A DNA stretch of 64,000 nt from Calditrichia bacterium (GTDB lineage: Bacteria > Calditrichota > Calditrichia > JAJRVZ01), in the NCBI GenBank assembly GCA_963796965.1, contig CAWCNS010000009.1, positions 32,001-96,000 of the forward strand, written 5' to 3'. A program made the translations under genes and the position numbers. The notes under the pieces were generated by a model that saw only the letters and a program-made list of their open reading frames with translations, searched no databases and had not been told where the DNA came from. Below are positions 31,568 to 42,740 of the stretch, one piece after another (positions within the stretch are counted from its first letter, which is position 1; every line of letters starts with the position of its first letter).

Positions 31568-32161
31568 TTACTGGTTCGCATATAATAATTCACGTACGTG
31601 TGTTATCAACATTCTGAGATGTTCCTCTTCAAATGAATCGTAATAACCGCGAATGTTCAGATCACGATCAACGAGGATGAGTTTTGTGCTATGAATGGTT
31701 GGCAACTCCCCTGCTAACATAAATCCTTTTTCACTCACACGATGGACTTCTTCTATGGGTGCACGGGTGAATAGCCAGCGGTTATCCGTAACCCCATAGG
31801 TTTCTGCATATTCTTTAAGAACCTTTAGCGAATCACGATCCGGATCGACCGACAGAGAAACAAATTGTACTTCATCGGTGGTTATAAATTTTTTATACAA
31901 TTCTGCCACGCGGGTATTCATGATAGGACAAGGTCCCTTGCAGCTGGTAAAAAAGAAATTTACAATATTTATCTTTCCCTTCATCTCATCTGTCCCAAAA
32001 TTCAATCCACTACGTTCTGTGAATGAAAATTCGGGTACTTTCCCATAAACAAGAATATCCGACCGCGATTTATTGGCTAAAAATATTACCAGCAAAGCAA
32101 TCACAGACATTAAAAAAATCCCCACCAAGGAAATTGAAATTATTTTAATATTTGACTTCAT
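31568..32161 (-). CDS. SCO-family copper chaperone
   Basis: FFTSCKGPCP, SVDPDRD, conserved His (IHS). Confidence 0.93.
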   Translation of the reverse strand: MKSNIKIISISLVGIFLMSVIALLVIFLANKSRSDILVYGKVPEFSFTERSGLNFGTDEMKGKINIVNFFFTSCKGPCPIMNTRVAELYKKFITTDEVQFVSLSVDPDRDSLKVLKEYAETYGVTDNRWLFTRAPIEEVHRVSEKGFMLAGELPTIHSTKLILVDRDLNIRGYYDSFEEEHLRMLITHVRELLYANQ

Positions 32162-33090
32162 TTTATCACCTCTTTATAAGATAAAACAGTATAAAATATC
32201 AATATAATTCCAATGAGAATGCTGGCAAGCCAGAGGTGAAAAACCTGAAAGAGCGGTGTTATGCCCATCAAATGAAGGGTCAATCCAATTGCTATCTGAG
32301 TAAAGACTAAGATATTCATAAGCCCCAGACCTTGTTTACTTAAAATTGACAGAGAATTTATCTTAATTAATCTGAGACTGATCAAAACCGAACCTCCTGC
32401 CAAAAGAACTCCCAAAAAGGTATGGATAATTGCAACCATCCCCACTTTTGTCAAAACTTCTGAACTGGATAGTAGCGGAAACTTCTCCCAAATTATTTCT
32501 ACCTGGGATCTTATTTCTGTTCCCAACAAAATTTGAAAAATTATGACAATCCAGAGGTATAAAAAAATACGGCGGATGGCTAATTTTACTGGCTCTGCAG
32601 GTGGTCGATCAATCAAATAGGCATTCACAGTGGTATAGATTAAAAGACTGACAATGATGAGGGCAATCAATAAATGAATGGAAACAGTTACAGGCATCAA
32701 CTGGCTTTTAACCACAATACTGCCATACCAGCCCTGAAATGCCACAAAAATTGCTGCCAGTATACTTGGAATTAAAAGATTCTTACGATTTCTATAATAT
32801 ATAATTGCCAAAATAGCGGTGAAAAGGATTAACAAGCCTGTAATCATACCAGCGAGACGGTTAAAATATTCAATCCAGGCCAGGGTAATATTAAATGATG
32901 CGGCATCAAATCCCTGTGGTAGTTGACTATTACTCAAGGGAGGTATCCAGCGACCGAAGCATTTTGGCCAATCCGGACAACCCAGACCTGAACCCGAGAC
33001 CCTAACCAAGCCACCAATAAATATTAACATATAAGTTGCGATGGTTGAAACCAGAGCAAATTTTCTAAATAAAGATATTTTATGATCCAC
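32158..33090 (-). CDS. ctaA: Heme A synthase (COX15/CtaA)
   Basis: GGLVRVSGSGLGCPDWPKC, WIEYFNR, multiple TM helices with His. Confidence 0.92.
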   Translation of the reverse strand: MDHKISLFRKFALVSTIATYMLIFIGGLVRVSGSGLGCPDWPKCFGRWIPPLSNSQLPQGFDAASFNITLAWIEYFNRLAGMITGLLILFTAILAIIYYRNRKNLLIPSILAAIFVAFQGWYGSIVVKSQLMPVTVSIHLLIALIIVSLLIYTTVNAYLIDRPPAEPVKLAIRRIFLYLWIVIIFQILLGTEIRSQVEIIWEKFPLLSSSEVLTKVGMVAIIHTFLGVLLAGGSVLISLRLIKINSLSILSKQGLGLMNILVFTQIAIGLTLHLMGITPLFQVFHLWLASILIGIILIFYTVLSYKEVIK

Positions 33091-33189
33091 TTTCGGTCAC
33101 CCTCTTGATAATTTATTCACGAAATATAAGAATAATTATAGTTATTCATTCATATTTTCTTCAATCTTAAAAAATTTATCCCCGGAGAT

Positions 33190-33252
33190 TGTCATGCTGA
33201 ACTCGTTTTAGCATCTTCTAAGGATTAGATCCTGAAACAAATTCAGGATGAT
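33190..33252. repeat. REP-like double hairpin (gtcatgctgaa...ttcaggatga class)
   Basis: tgtcatgctgaactcgttttagcatct-x11-agatcctgaaacaaattcaggatgat; the halves are mutually inverted and each is self-complementary. Confidence 0.8.
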
Positions 33253-33287
33253 TACATTGATTTCATATATAATCAATATAAAGATTT

Positions 33288-33629
33288 TTATCTAACAATC
33301 GTCGATTCTTGTATAATGGGGCTTTTCGTTTCTTCATTTACGGATCCCCTTGTGGTTGTATCAAACATGGTCAGGGTTAAAAAGATTGTCAGGAAAAGCA
33401 ATCCAGCAGAAAAAATTACCAGATACAATTTATTATCCCAAAATAAATGCATAAAGAAGAAAGCGACTAACAAGGCCTTTATAGATGCAATGGCGAGGGC
33501 GACTGTAATATTAAGAGCACCCAGATCAATAAACGAAACACCCACAGTTATCGCTGTCATAACGATGAGAGCAGTAGCAACGGCCAGGTACATTTTTAAA
33601 GGAACGACATGTATTTTATGTTTTTCCAT
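33288..33629 (-). CDS. Cytochrome c oxidase subunit IV
   Basis: ALAIASIKALLVAFFFMHL; three TM helices. Confidence 0.9.
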   Translation of the reverse strand: MEKHKIHVVPLKMYLAVATALIVMTAITVGVSFIDLGALNITVALAIASIKALLVAFFFMHLFWDNKLYLVIFSAGLLFLTIFLTLTMFDTTTRGSVNEETKSPIIQESTIVR

Positions 33630-33633
33630 ACGC

Positions 33634-34287
33634 TTATCCTATAAGATATAGTAAAGGGAAAAGAAAGATCCAGATCATATCTACAAGATGCCAATAAAGA
33701 CCTGAGATTTCTAAAGGGGTATAATATTGATCCGAAAATTGATTCTTAACCGTTTTATTTAATGCCCATCCAATGACCGCCATACCCAAAATAACATGGA
33801 CGGCATGCAAACCAGTCATAGCGAAATATATGCCAAAGAAAATATGAGGATTTGTACCATCAATACCCTGAAAAGTATAGAGTGTTCCTGGTAACTGACC
33901 AAGCTCAATTTTATGACTATATTCAAAATACTTTACAATTAAAAACACCAGAGCAAAAAGTAGCGTCATAATAAGATATGCAATTGTGTGATTCTTTTTA
34001 TTTATCTGCATGCTCCGAATTGCCAGAGCCATTGTAAGAGAACTTGTTATGAGAACAATTGTATTAAATGTACCAAGAGTAACATCTAAAAATTTATGCG
34101 CATTATAAAACATGTCTGGATACCAGGCCCGAAATATCCCATAGGCCACAAATAACCCGCCAAAGAGTAGGATTTCAGTTACTAAAAACACCCACATCCC
34201 CATCTTGGCGGATTCACGCTGCTGTTCAGCATCTGAAAAATGATGCTCCAGGTGTACCGGGCTTGAAGTCGTTATACTCATATTCAT
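33634..34287 (-). CDS. ctaE: Cytochrome c oxidase subunit III
   Basis: GMWVFLVTEILLFGGLF, TGLHAVHV, GLYWHLVD. Confidence 0.95.
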   Translation of the reverse strand: MNMSITTSSPVHLEHHFSDAEQQRESAKMGMWVFLVTEILLFGGLFVAYGIFRAWYPDMFYNAHKFLDVTLGTFNTIVLITSSLTMALAIRSMQINKKNHTIAYLIMTLLFALVFLIVKYFEYSHKIELGQLPGTLYTFQGIDGTNPHIFFGIYFAMTGLHAVHVILGMAVIGWALNKTVKNQFSDQYYTPLEISGLYWHLVDMIWIFLFPLLYLIG

Positions 34288-34320
34288 CCTTCTTTGTATA
34301 GCATTGGGAAATAGTAAAAT

Positions 34321-34354
34321 CTACTAATTACCAATTCCAAATTCCTAATTACAA
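34321..34354. repeat. Heptamer tandem arm (aattacc class); partner arm degenerate
   Basis: aattacc aattcca aattcct aattaca; reverse complement resembles the left arm at 27901. Confidence 0.65.
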
Positions 34355-34382
34355 TTTTTTAACATTGGCTATTATTTTAGCG

Positions 34383-35990
34383 TTATAATGTACTCTTCTC
34401 CATCACCTTATCATAATCATAAGGTCCATGGGTTAATTCCGGCAAAGCCTTAAAATTATGAGGATCTGGCGGTGAGGTTGTTGTCCACTCCATCGTCAAT
34501 GCACCCCAAGGGTTGTTGCCAGCCAGACGTCCTTTAAAGATGGAACGAATTAAATAAAATCCCATAATGATAAATCCCGCCCCCAAAATCCAGGATCCAT
34601 AAGACGAAAAAGCATGCAAAGGCTGGAACTGATCATTATAGTTATAATAGCGGCGTGGCATACCTTGACTCCCCATAATGAATTGGGTAAAGAACGTCAT
34701 ATTAAATCCAATAAAGATCAGTATAACCGCAACCCTGGCCCATCTTTCATTGTACATACGACCCCAGATCTTTGGCCACCAATAATGCAATCCTCCAAGA
34801 AAGGCCATCACCGTTCCACCCATCATAACATAATGAAAATGGGCAACGATAAAATAAGTATCATGAAGATGGACATCCACTGAAAGTGCCCCAAGAAATA
34901 TACCCGTTAAACCACCAATAGAAAAAAGAAACAGAAAGGAGAGAGCATAGAGCATTGGTGCTTCAAAAGTTATGGAACCTTTGTACATGGTTGATACCCA
35001 GTTAAAAACCTTTATCCCGGAGGGAATTCCAACTAAAAATGTTAAAAAGGAGAAAATCATTGCCGCAAATTCTGATTGACCGCTGGTAAACATATGATGA
35101 CCCCAGACCAGAAAACTGATAAAAGCAATCCCTAAACTAGAATAAGCAATGGCTTTATAACCAAATATTTTCTTCTGGGAAAATGTCGAAATGATCTCAC
35201 TAATTATACCCATTCCGGGAAGAATCATAATATAGACAGCCGGATGTGAATAAAACCAAAAGAAGTGTTGATACAAGACCGGATCCCCGCCCATGGCCGG
35301 ATCAAAGATACCAAAACCAAAGACACGTTCCAGGATTAGCAATACCATAGTAATTCCGAGCACCGGCGTTGCCAGAACCTGAATTATCGCTGTGGCATAG
35401 AGTCCCCATACAAATAGAGGTAATTTGAACCAGGTTTGACCAGGCGTACGCAGTTTATGTATTGTAACGATGAAATTAATTCCTGTAAAAATTGAAGAGA
35501 ATCCGAGGATAAAAACCCCCAGGGTCATCGAAATAACCGATCCACTGGATGATGTACTATAGGGTGTATAAAACGTCCATCCTGTATCTACACCGCCAGT
35601 GACAATTGAAAACAGGGCAAAAAGAGCCCCAAACACATATACATACCAACTGGCAAGATTTAACCTTGGAAATGCCACATCTTTTGCACCCAGCATCAGA
35701 GGCAGAATAATGTTACCAAGAGCTGCTGGTATAGAAGGGATAATAAATAAAAATATCATTATCGCACCATGGAGTGTAAAAAATTGATTATAAGTATCTG
35801 CTCCCATCAGATCCTCACCAGGATGCAATAATTCCAGCCGTAGCAATACTGCAAAGATTCCTCCAACCATAAAAAAGAACATGATCGCAAAGAGATACAT
35901 TAATCCGATTCGTTTATGATCGAGCGTTAAAAGCCAGGACTTAAGTCCTTTAGGCTCGGAGAGATAACTATGTTCAGGAAAAGTATTCAT
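34383..35990 (-). CDS. ctaD: Cytochrome c oxidase subunit I, type A2
   Basis: [22 protein letters not shown] (A2 YS motif), WGHHM, AHFHY. Confidence 0.98.
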   Translation of the reverse strand: MNTFPEHSYLSEPKGLKSWLLTLDHKRIGLMYLFAIMFFFMVGGIFAVLLRLELLHPGEDLMGADTYNQFFTLHGAIMIFLFIIPSIPAALGNIILPLMLGAKDVAFPRLNLASWYVYVFGALFALFSIVTGGVDTGWTFYTPYSTSSSGSVISMTLGVFILGFSSIFTGINFIVTIHKLRTPGQTWFKLPLFVWGLYATAIIQVLATPVLGITMVLLILERVFGFGIFDPAMGGDPVLYQHFFWFYSHPAVYIMILPGMGIISEIISTFSQKKIFGYKAIAYSSLGIAFISFLVWGHHMFTSGQSEFAAMIFSFLTFLVGIPSGIKVFNWVSTMYKGSITFEAPMLYALSFLFLFSIGGLTGIFLGALSVDVHLHDTYFIVAHFHYVMMGGTVMAFLGGLHYWWPKIWGRMYNERWARVAVILIFIGFNMTFFTQFIMGSQGMPRRYYNYNDQFQPLHAFSSYGSWILGAGFIIMGFYLIRSIFKGRLAGNNPWGALTMEWTTTSPPDPHNFKALPELTHGPYDYDKVMEKSTL

Positions 35991-36003
35991 TCACGTGATC
36001 CTT

Positions 36004-36952
36004 TTATTGTTTAAGAGATTTAAGATAAGCGATCAGAGCATCGATTTGCCTGTCCTTGAGAACACCCTGATAAGTTGGCATGACTGGTTGGAAGCCCATA
36101 GTAACTTTCGCTTGAGGATTTAATATTGACTCTCTGATATAGTTCTCATCAACCAAAACTTCACTTCCATCTGCTAAATTTTCCTTGCTGCCATATAATC
36201 CGAGGAAACTTGGTGCAACGCCGGGTTTACCATCAATGCTATGACAGGTGATACAGGCCTTTGTCTGATAGAGTTCGGCGCCTGCTTCTTCAAGTGAAAC
36301 ACCTTCCGGGATATCAACAGCCGCTTTTTCCAGCCATACTTTATAGTCCTCATCGCTTAGTACGATTACTTTGCCCAGCATTTCTGAATGCCCTTTTCCA
36401 CAATATTCGGTACAGTAAATATCATATTCCCCGATATTTATTGCTTCGAACCAGGTTATTGTATATCGGTTTGGCAAAACATCCATTTTTACCCGGAAAT
36501 CCGGGACGAAAAAACTGTGAATAACATCCTGTGACGACATTAACAGACTTAACCGGCTGGCCGACAGGAACATATAAATCATTTAAACTGTTTGCACCAT
36601 TTTGATAATCAAAGGTCCAGAACCATTTCTGGCCGGTTGCTTTAATCTCCAGGGCATCCCGTGGTGCAACATTCATTTTCAGATAGGTCCGAAACCCCCA
36701 TACAAACACAATCATTACCAGGATTGTTGGAATAACAGTCCAGAGGATCTCAAGTTTCGTGTTATGCGCAACCCCTGAGGTGAGTTGCTTTTCACCTTTT
36801 CGACGATACTTAAAAATAAAATAAGCCGTAGAAGAAATTACCAGGACAAATAGGACGATAGCGGTATAATAGATAAAATAAAATAAGGCGTCGACTTCGC
36901 TGGCAATAGTTGAATTAGCCGGTGGCATATAAAGTGATCCGGAGTCTCCCAT
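36004..36952 (-). CDS. ctaC: Cytochrome c oxidase subunit II with C-terminal cytochrome c (caa3 type); one frameshift near 36545
   Basis: LEILWT, GQKWFW, DVIHSF, CuA CTEYCGKGHSEM and CITCH across ORFs 36422-36952 and 36004-36582. Confidence 0.95.
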
Positions 36953-36986
36953 AGTTTTCAGATTCCTCTCAATCGTTATACATATT

Positions 36987-37219
36987 ACTGGTTCTTGGTC
37001 CTCGGTACTTGGCTCTGGGTATTGTGTGCTTATTGTTCGGTCATTAGATGCTAAATATCTAAAATCGGATTACAAAACTAAGAGAGTTGTAGGCCATCTT
37101 GGAGATGGACTACAACTAAACAATAAATATTTAAATGGTTTCTGCAAATCATACAAAAATTCTGAGGTGCCCCGAACTCCTAATATTGAGAACTAAGTAC
37201 CTACTACCCAGATCCGAGC
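36987..37219. repeat. Heptamer-arm element (ttggtac/aagtacc class) with a spacer of about 130 nt
   Basis: ctggttc ttggtcc tcggtac ttggctc tgggtat opposed to gagaact aagtacc tactacc cagatcc gagc. Confidence 0.75.
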
Positions 37220-38035
37220 TCATTTTGAACTAAATAAAACATCTTTACGCCAAAGAAGGATAAGCATCGAGCCTAAAATCAAGACCGTTATAACGCCGCC
37301 GATGCGCATTAAATTTCCGGCAAACAAAACATATCCACCGGCATCAGGATCATAATGGTAACAAAAGAGAATTATTTTATCTATCGTGGAGCCGATTTCC
37401 CCTTTTGATGCCTCCAATAAAGATAAACGCAGATCGGTTTCTTTATACTCAATCCCATAAAGATATCTTGAAATTATGCCATCCTTGGTCAAGATAAATG
37501 ATACAGCCGGGTGTGCATATTCCTGTCGCTCTTCCACATAATAGTATTTAAAGCCCAGGGCGTCTGCTAATTTTTTAGAATTTTGTGCCGGCCCGGTAAG
37601 AAACGCCCAGGCAGAATTTTTTACGGGCTTTTTTAATGCATCCAATACATTTTTTTTCTTAGCTGCTGCAAGATTATGATCTTCATCGGGATTGATACTG
37701 ACTGTAACCATTTGGAAATCTTTCCCAGGTACATAAGCCAAACCGGCAATACCTGCTGTTAATCCCTTTATAACTAATCCGCATAGCATAGGACAGCGAT
37801 AATATGCAAGGGTTAATAAGACAGGTTTGCCCATACTAAAATACTCTTTTAACTGAACACTATCACCTGCTTCGTCTACAAATAATAGATCCAATGGGAT
37901 TGTTTTACCCAAATGTTCCTCTACATCTATATTTTGCAATTCAGGCACATTTTCCATGGCAATCTGACCATACACCTGAAATGGTAAAATTAAAATTAGT
38001 AACAGGAGAACTTTATTAAAGATTTTCTTATTCAT
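37220..38035 (-). CDS. SCO-family protein of the ACIII/caa3 cluster
   Basis: YYRCPMLC, EYAHPA, RYLYGI, CYHYDP, C-terminal TM helix. Confidence 0.9.
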   Translation of the reverse strand: MNKKIFNKVLLLLILILPFQVYGQIAMENVPELQNIDVEEHLGKTIPLDLLFVDEAGDSVQLKEYFSMGKPVLLTLAYYRCPMLCGLVIKGLTAGIAGLAYVPGKDFQMVTVSINPDEDHNLAAAKKKNVLDALKKPVKNSAWAFLTGPAQNSKKLADALGFKYYYVEERQEYAHPAVSFILTKDGIISRYLYGIEYKETDLRLSLLEASKGEIGSTIDKIILFCYHYDPDAGGYVLFAGNLMRIGGVITVLILGSMLILLWRKDVLFSSK

Positions 38036-38144
38036 TATTTATCTTATATTAATTTGCTTTGGTTATTTGACAAATATTAGTACTCTTCATTGATATTATG
38101 GTGACGCTGACTTATCGCGCCGCTCTTGATAAAACAAAAAATCT

Positions 38145-38192
38145 ACCACTCCGACGGTATACCTTTGGGAGGATTTACACGGACTTAAACAG
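38145..38192. repeat. accacggat-class arm interrupted by a mini-palindrome
   Basis: accac[tccgacggtatacctttggga]ggatttacacggacttaaacaga; removing the bracketed 21 nt gives an arm like that at 3908; partner arm not clear. Confidence 0.5.
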
Positions 38193-38480
38193 AAAACTTA
38201 TATTTTACTACATTCTGAGTAGTAATTTCTAATCAACTTCTAATTATCACCTTTTATTCCGGGAATCTCAGCGTATTTTTAGGGTGCGAATTTTTTTAAC
38301 ATAATCGTAAACAAATCATTACATAAAACGACTATATTAAAATTTTATCAGATTTGGAATGTCTAATATTATATGTAATGAAATTTGAAAAATTCTTGTC
38401 AGGTACAGCATGACCCGGCGAAGACAGATAATTTGTGGAAAAATATCTTTGCGGTTTTGCTTAAATATTTGTGCGGGTAT

Positions 38481-38780
38481 TTAATTTTCAGAAAGTAAAT
38501 TAATGGCTCGGTCAATCGGTATGCGGTATATTCCCTTTTCAGCATCAAGAATTTTATAGGTCGTAAGGACCTCTTCTTCTTCTGCTAAAATATCCTTAAG
38601 ACTTACAGATTCTGGTTGTAACTGAGTTTCATATACTATCTTCGACTCCTCAGTAATAAAATAATCAGTAAGCAAAACCAGAATAACTACTAAAACTATT
38701 ATTGAAAAAAGACTGATACCAATCACAAATTTGAGATTGACATCTTTTTTTTCATAGCCAGGATTTTGATTTTCGGACAT
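38481..38780 (-). CDS. Alternative complex III subunit ActG-like
   Basis: GYEKKD, one TM helix, YRIPIDRAI C-terminal motif; follows actF. Confidence 0.75.
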   Translation of the reverse strand: MSENQNPGYEKKDVNLKFVIGISLFSIIVLVVILVLLTDYFITEESKIVYETQLQPESVSLKDILAEEEEVLTTYKILDAEKGIYRIPIDRAINLLSEN

Positions 38781-38822
38781 GTATATACCTTAAACATTTT
38801 TTACTAAATAAATTTTTGATCC

Positions 38823-38913
38823 GGGACTGGGAACTGGGAATTACCTCCCCCTTTTTCCCCCTCCTTACTAAGAAGGGGAAAAAGGGGGAGGTAATTCCCA
38901 GTTCCTAATTTCT
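38823..38913. repeat. Composite hairpin: cccctcc/ggagggg-class element nested inside heptamer arms
   Basis: Perfect 31-bp stem 38830-38860 with 38875-38905; outer gggaact gggaatt and aattccc agttcct 7-mers. Confidence 0.92.
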
Positions 38914-38919
38914 ATATAT

Positions 38920-40100
38920 TTAATTCTTCATCTTTATTGATGTTTCCAATCTGGGATCATTAACAGGTACTAACGCACGAGAAGCATATCTGCGCATAAT
39001 TGACCACAGAAAAATGCCCCCTATCCCTATAAGACCGGCCAGATCCATCCATGAAATTGAAGCGCCATGATGATGGAGGCTTGGCATGGCAATCCAATAA
39101 AGATCTAACCAGTGCATGATTACAATCCAGATGGCAATAACTCTGAGTGCTGTGAAATTTCTTTTTATTGCCCTTGGTAACAAGAGCATAAAAGGCAAGA
39201 CAAAATGCCCAAAGACAAGAACTAATGTCACAATCTTCCAGGAACCTTCCCACCTTGCCAAATACCAGACGGTTTCTTCCGGAATATTGGCATACCAAAT
39301 TAGAAAATATTGGGAGAATCCGATATATCCCCAAAATATAATAAATGCGAATAAAAATTTTCCAATATCATGATAATGCTCTACGGTAATTGTATCTGCT
39401 AATATTCCTTTTTTCCTTAGGAACAGTCCAAATATTACCAAAAAGTGAAAATCGCCAGCAGACTGCCGCCAAAAATATAAACACCAAAAATCGTTGAATA
39501 CCAGTGTGCTTCCAGAGACATTAACCAATCAAATGAGGCAAATGTTATCGTGAACGCAAATAGAATCATACCTGGTGCACTGATTTTTTTCATTTTTTCG
39601 ATTTGTTTTGGATCAGAACCCTTATCCTGAGCCAAGGACGTTTTATAAAGTCCACGGGTTAGAAAGAACCAGATTGTAAAATAAAGGAGAGCACGAATGG
39701 TGAAAAAGACTGGATTGAGATAGGGTGATTTTTTTAATAAAATTGGATCTGCGGCCACCACATCAGCATGACTCCAATGATATAAATCAAACATTCCCAG
39801 CAATACCGGAATAAATAAGATCGCCATGATGGGAATAGACGTCATCACCGTCTCCAGGATACGTCTTAAAACAATACTCCAGTCCGCACCGGTGAGATGA
39901 TGAAGAAAACTGAAAAACATCGCCCCCCATACAAAGGTCATCCAAAAAGCAAAGGCGGTCAGATAGGAGAAAAAGAATTGTTTTTGATCCACAAAAAATC
40001 CAGAGACCAAAATTAGCAGGCCAATAATACCAACAAATAAGGTAGGTTTTAAAGGAAATACATTTTTCGCCAGATAAAATTTTTCGTTTTTTGTTTCCAT
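38920..40100 (-). CDS. actF: Alternative complex III subunit ActF (one frameshift near 39440)
   Basis: FDWLMSLEAHWYSTIFG, HDIGKFLFAF, QYFLIWYANIPEET. Confidence 0.9.
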
Positions 40101-40109
40101 AAATAGTCT

Positions 40110-40718
40110 TTATTTCAAAGTTTGTCTTATATCTTCAGGTACATCATCTTTTTTTGCATTTTGGCTTCTTTGTAACGCCCGTACATATGAAACAATTGCC
40201 CAACGATCAGCGACAGGTACCTGATATTTGTAAGATGGCATATTACGAATACCATTTGTTATTACATCAAAGATATGTCCATCTTCTACCTGACGCATTC
40301 GATCCAAATGGAAAGATGTTGCGGGCAAAAACCCTTTTTTCACTACAATACCTTGTCCATATCCCGTCCGTCCATGGCAGGGTGCGCAGAAAATATCAAA
40401 CCTTTTTTGACCATGTCTTAGTAGTTCTGAGGTTACAGCCATCGGAAGTTTCCGCACAAATGTACCGTTTGGATTTTTTCCTTTAAAATAAACTGTATTT
40501 TCGTTCAATTGTCCCCTGGCCACTGTTCCTTCAACGGGCATCCGCATGGCTGATTTATCCGTATAAAATTTGCTCTCTTCCATAGCCTGATACTTCGGTT
40601 GATCATCCATATTCGGATTTAAATGGATGGGTGGCTGTTTCGAGGGTCGCTCCTGCAAACAACTAACCAGGAAGAGTAGAGATAACAAAAATACGGTTAT
40701 GTTTATTGATATCTTCAT
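40110..40718 (-). CDS. actE: Alternative complex III subunit ActE, monoheme lipoprotein
   Basis: Lipobox LVSC, PVEGTVARG, CAPCH, DRWAIVSYVRALQ. Confidence 0.92.
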   Translation of the reverse strand: MKISINITVFLLSLLFLVSCLQERPSKQPPIHLNPNMDDQPKYQAMEESKFYTDKSAMRMPVEGTVARGQLNENTVYFKGKNPNGTFVRKLPMAVTSELLRHGQKRFDIFCAPCHGRTGYGQGIVVKKGFLPATSFHLDRMRQVEDGHIFDVITNGIRNMPSYKYQVPVADRWAIVSYVRALQRSQNAKKDDVPEDIRQTLK

Positions 40719-40723
40719 TGTGA

Positions 40724-41260
40724 TTAAATTTCCTCCAGATTTTGGCCACCGATACTTTCAAGAAAATCTCTGGTGCTCTTTGTATCAAATTTTGGATCAT
40801 CTGCTGGAACAGAGACCACAAAACCATCATTATTTATCTTGAGTATCTTATCTGAATCAAAAATTTTATGATAAAGCATTGGCAATTTATTAAGTGCCAA
40901 CATACCAAATAATGCAGTAAAAGCTGAACTTAAAACCATGATTGCAAAGGCAACAGGGCCATATGCCTGATAACTAAAGTATGGTTTCCCGGATATAACC
41001 AGTGGATAGTCAACACTACTCGTCCACCACTCCAGGGTAAATCCTGCCAGCAGAGCGATAAAAGCAACACAGCCGACAATCCAGCCCAAAGGAGAACGCT
41101 TCAAACCCATGGCATCATCCATGCCGTGAATTGGAAAGGGCGAATGGCAATCAAACTTTTTATATCCGGCATCTCGCAATTTTTCAGCAGCTTCAAGCAA
41201 TTGCCCCGGATTCTCAAATTCAGCGAGTATCATTCCGGCATTCTCTGGTTTATTTTTCAT
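40724..41260 (-). CDS. actD: Alternative complex III subunit ActD (DUF3341)
   Basis: [23 protein letters not shown], two TM helices. Confidence 0.92.
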   Translation of the reverse strand: MKNKPENAGMILAEFENPGQLLEAAEKLRDAGYKKFDCHSPFPIHGMDDAMGLKRSPLGWIVGCVAFIALLAGFTLEWWTSSVDYPLVISGKPYFSYQAYGPVAFAIMVLSSAFTALFGMLALNKLPMLYHKIFDSDKILKINNDGFVVSVPADDPKFDTKSTRDFLESIGGQNLEEI

Positions 41261-42706
41261 GACTTTCCTCCCCTGCTTACCTTAGCCGGCTCGGTATCGC
41301 TCTTTTTTCCATGACCATTACCATTGTGATAGTGTGGATCTGCCTGGGGCAGAACCGCCTTGACCTCAGAGATGGCTATCATCGGAATAAATCGTAAAAA
41401 TAGAAGAAAAAGGGTAAAAAATAATCCAAAAGATCCAACAAAAATCCCGATATCAACAAAAGTTGGTGAGTAATAATCCCAACTGGAAGGCAGAAAATCT
41501 GCCGACAACGAGGTTACAACGATTACAAAACGTTCAAACCACATACCAACATTTATTAATAATGCGGCTACGAACATAACAGGTATACTTGTTCTGAGTT
41601 TTTTGAACCAAAATATTTGTGGGACCAATACATTACAACTGATCATTGTCCAATAAGCCCAGGCATAGGATCCAAAAGCCCTGTTGATAAAGGCAAAAAG
41701 TTCGTAATCATTCGCTCCATACCAAGCGATAAAAAACTCACAACTATAGGCATAACCAACCATCATACCGGTAACAAGCATAATTTTATTCATTTTTTCC
41801 AGATGATTTATAGTAATAAAATCTTCCAGGCTGAATATTTTGCGGGCAATAATCGCCAGGGTGTTTACCATAGCAAAACCGGAAAAGATAGCACCCGCCA
41901 CAAAGTAGGGTGGAAAGATAGTTGTATGCCATCCCGGTATGATACTTGTGGCAAAATCTGTACTCACCACACTATGCACAGAAAGAACCAATGGGGTCGA
42001 TAATCCGGCCAAAAGCAAGTAGGCCATCTCGTAATTTTTCCATTGACGGTTTCCCCCACGCCAGCCCAATGAAAAAATACCAAAGGCAAATTTACGCAAC
42101 CGTGTCTTTGCCCGGTCTCTCATGGAAGCCAAATCCGGAATCAATCCTGTATACCAAAAGAGCAAGGAAACCGTAAAATAAGTACCCACGGCAAAAATAT
42201 CCCAGAGTAATGGACTGCGGAAATTTGGCCACATGGCCATCTGGTTCGGGACCGGAAACATCCAATAAGCCACCCATATCCTGCCCTACATGGATGCCTG
42301 GAAATATTAGGGCGCAGATAACCGCAAACAGGGTCATGGCTTCGGCAAACCGGTTGATGGAAGTACGCCATTTTTGTCTAAAAAGAAATAGAATTGCAGA
42401 AATCAAGGTACCAGCATGTCCGATTCCAACCCAGAAAACAAAATTAACAATTGCCCATCCCCAACCGACCGGAACATTGAGTCCCCAGGTACCAATGCCC
42501 TCCCACACCAACCATCCGATCAATGCAAGCATCATCAATAGCAGCGAACTGGAAATACCAAGGGCAATCCACCATAATTTATGGGTTTTTTGCTCGGTGA
42601 TCCCGCCAATTTTCTCGGTCACATCGGCAAATGTCTGATTACCAGTGATCAGCGGTTGTTCTTCTGCCAGGGGCATCCGTTCTAATGTGTCTGTTGTTCC
42701 ACTCAA
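41257..42706 (-). CDS. actC: Alternative complex III subunit ActC (NrfD family; one frameshift near 42280)
   Basis: [43 protein letters not shown]. Confidence 0.95.
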
Positions 42707-42740
42707 AGTTAAGTCTCTTTGTTTTGCTCAGAATTTTTAG

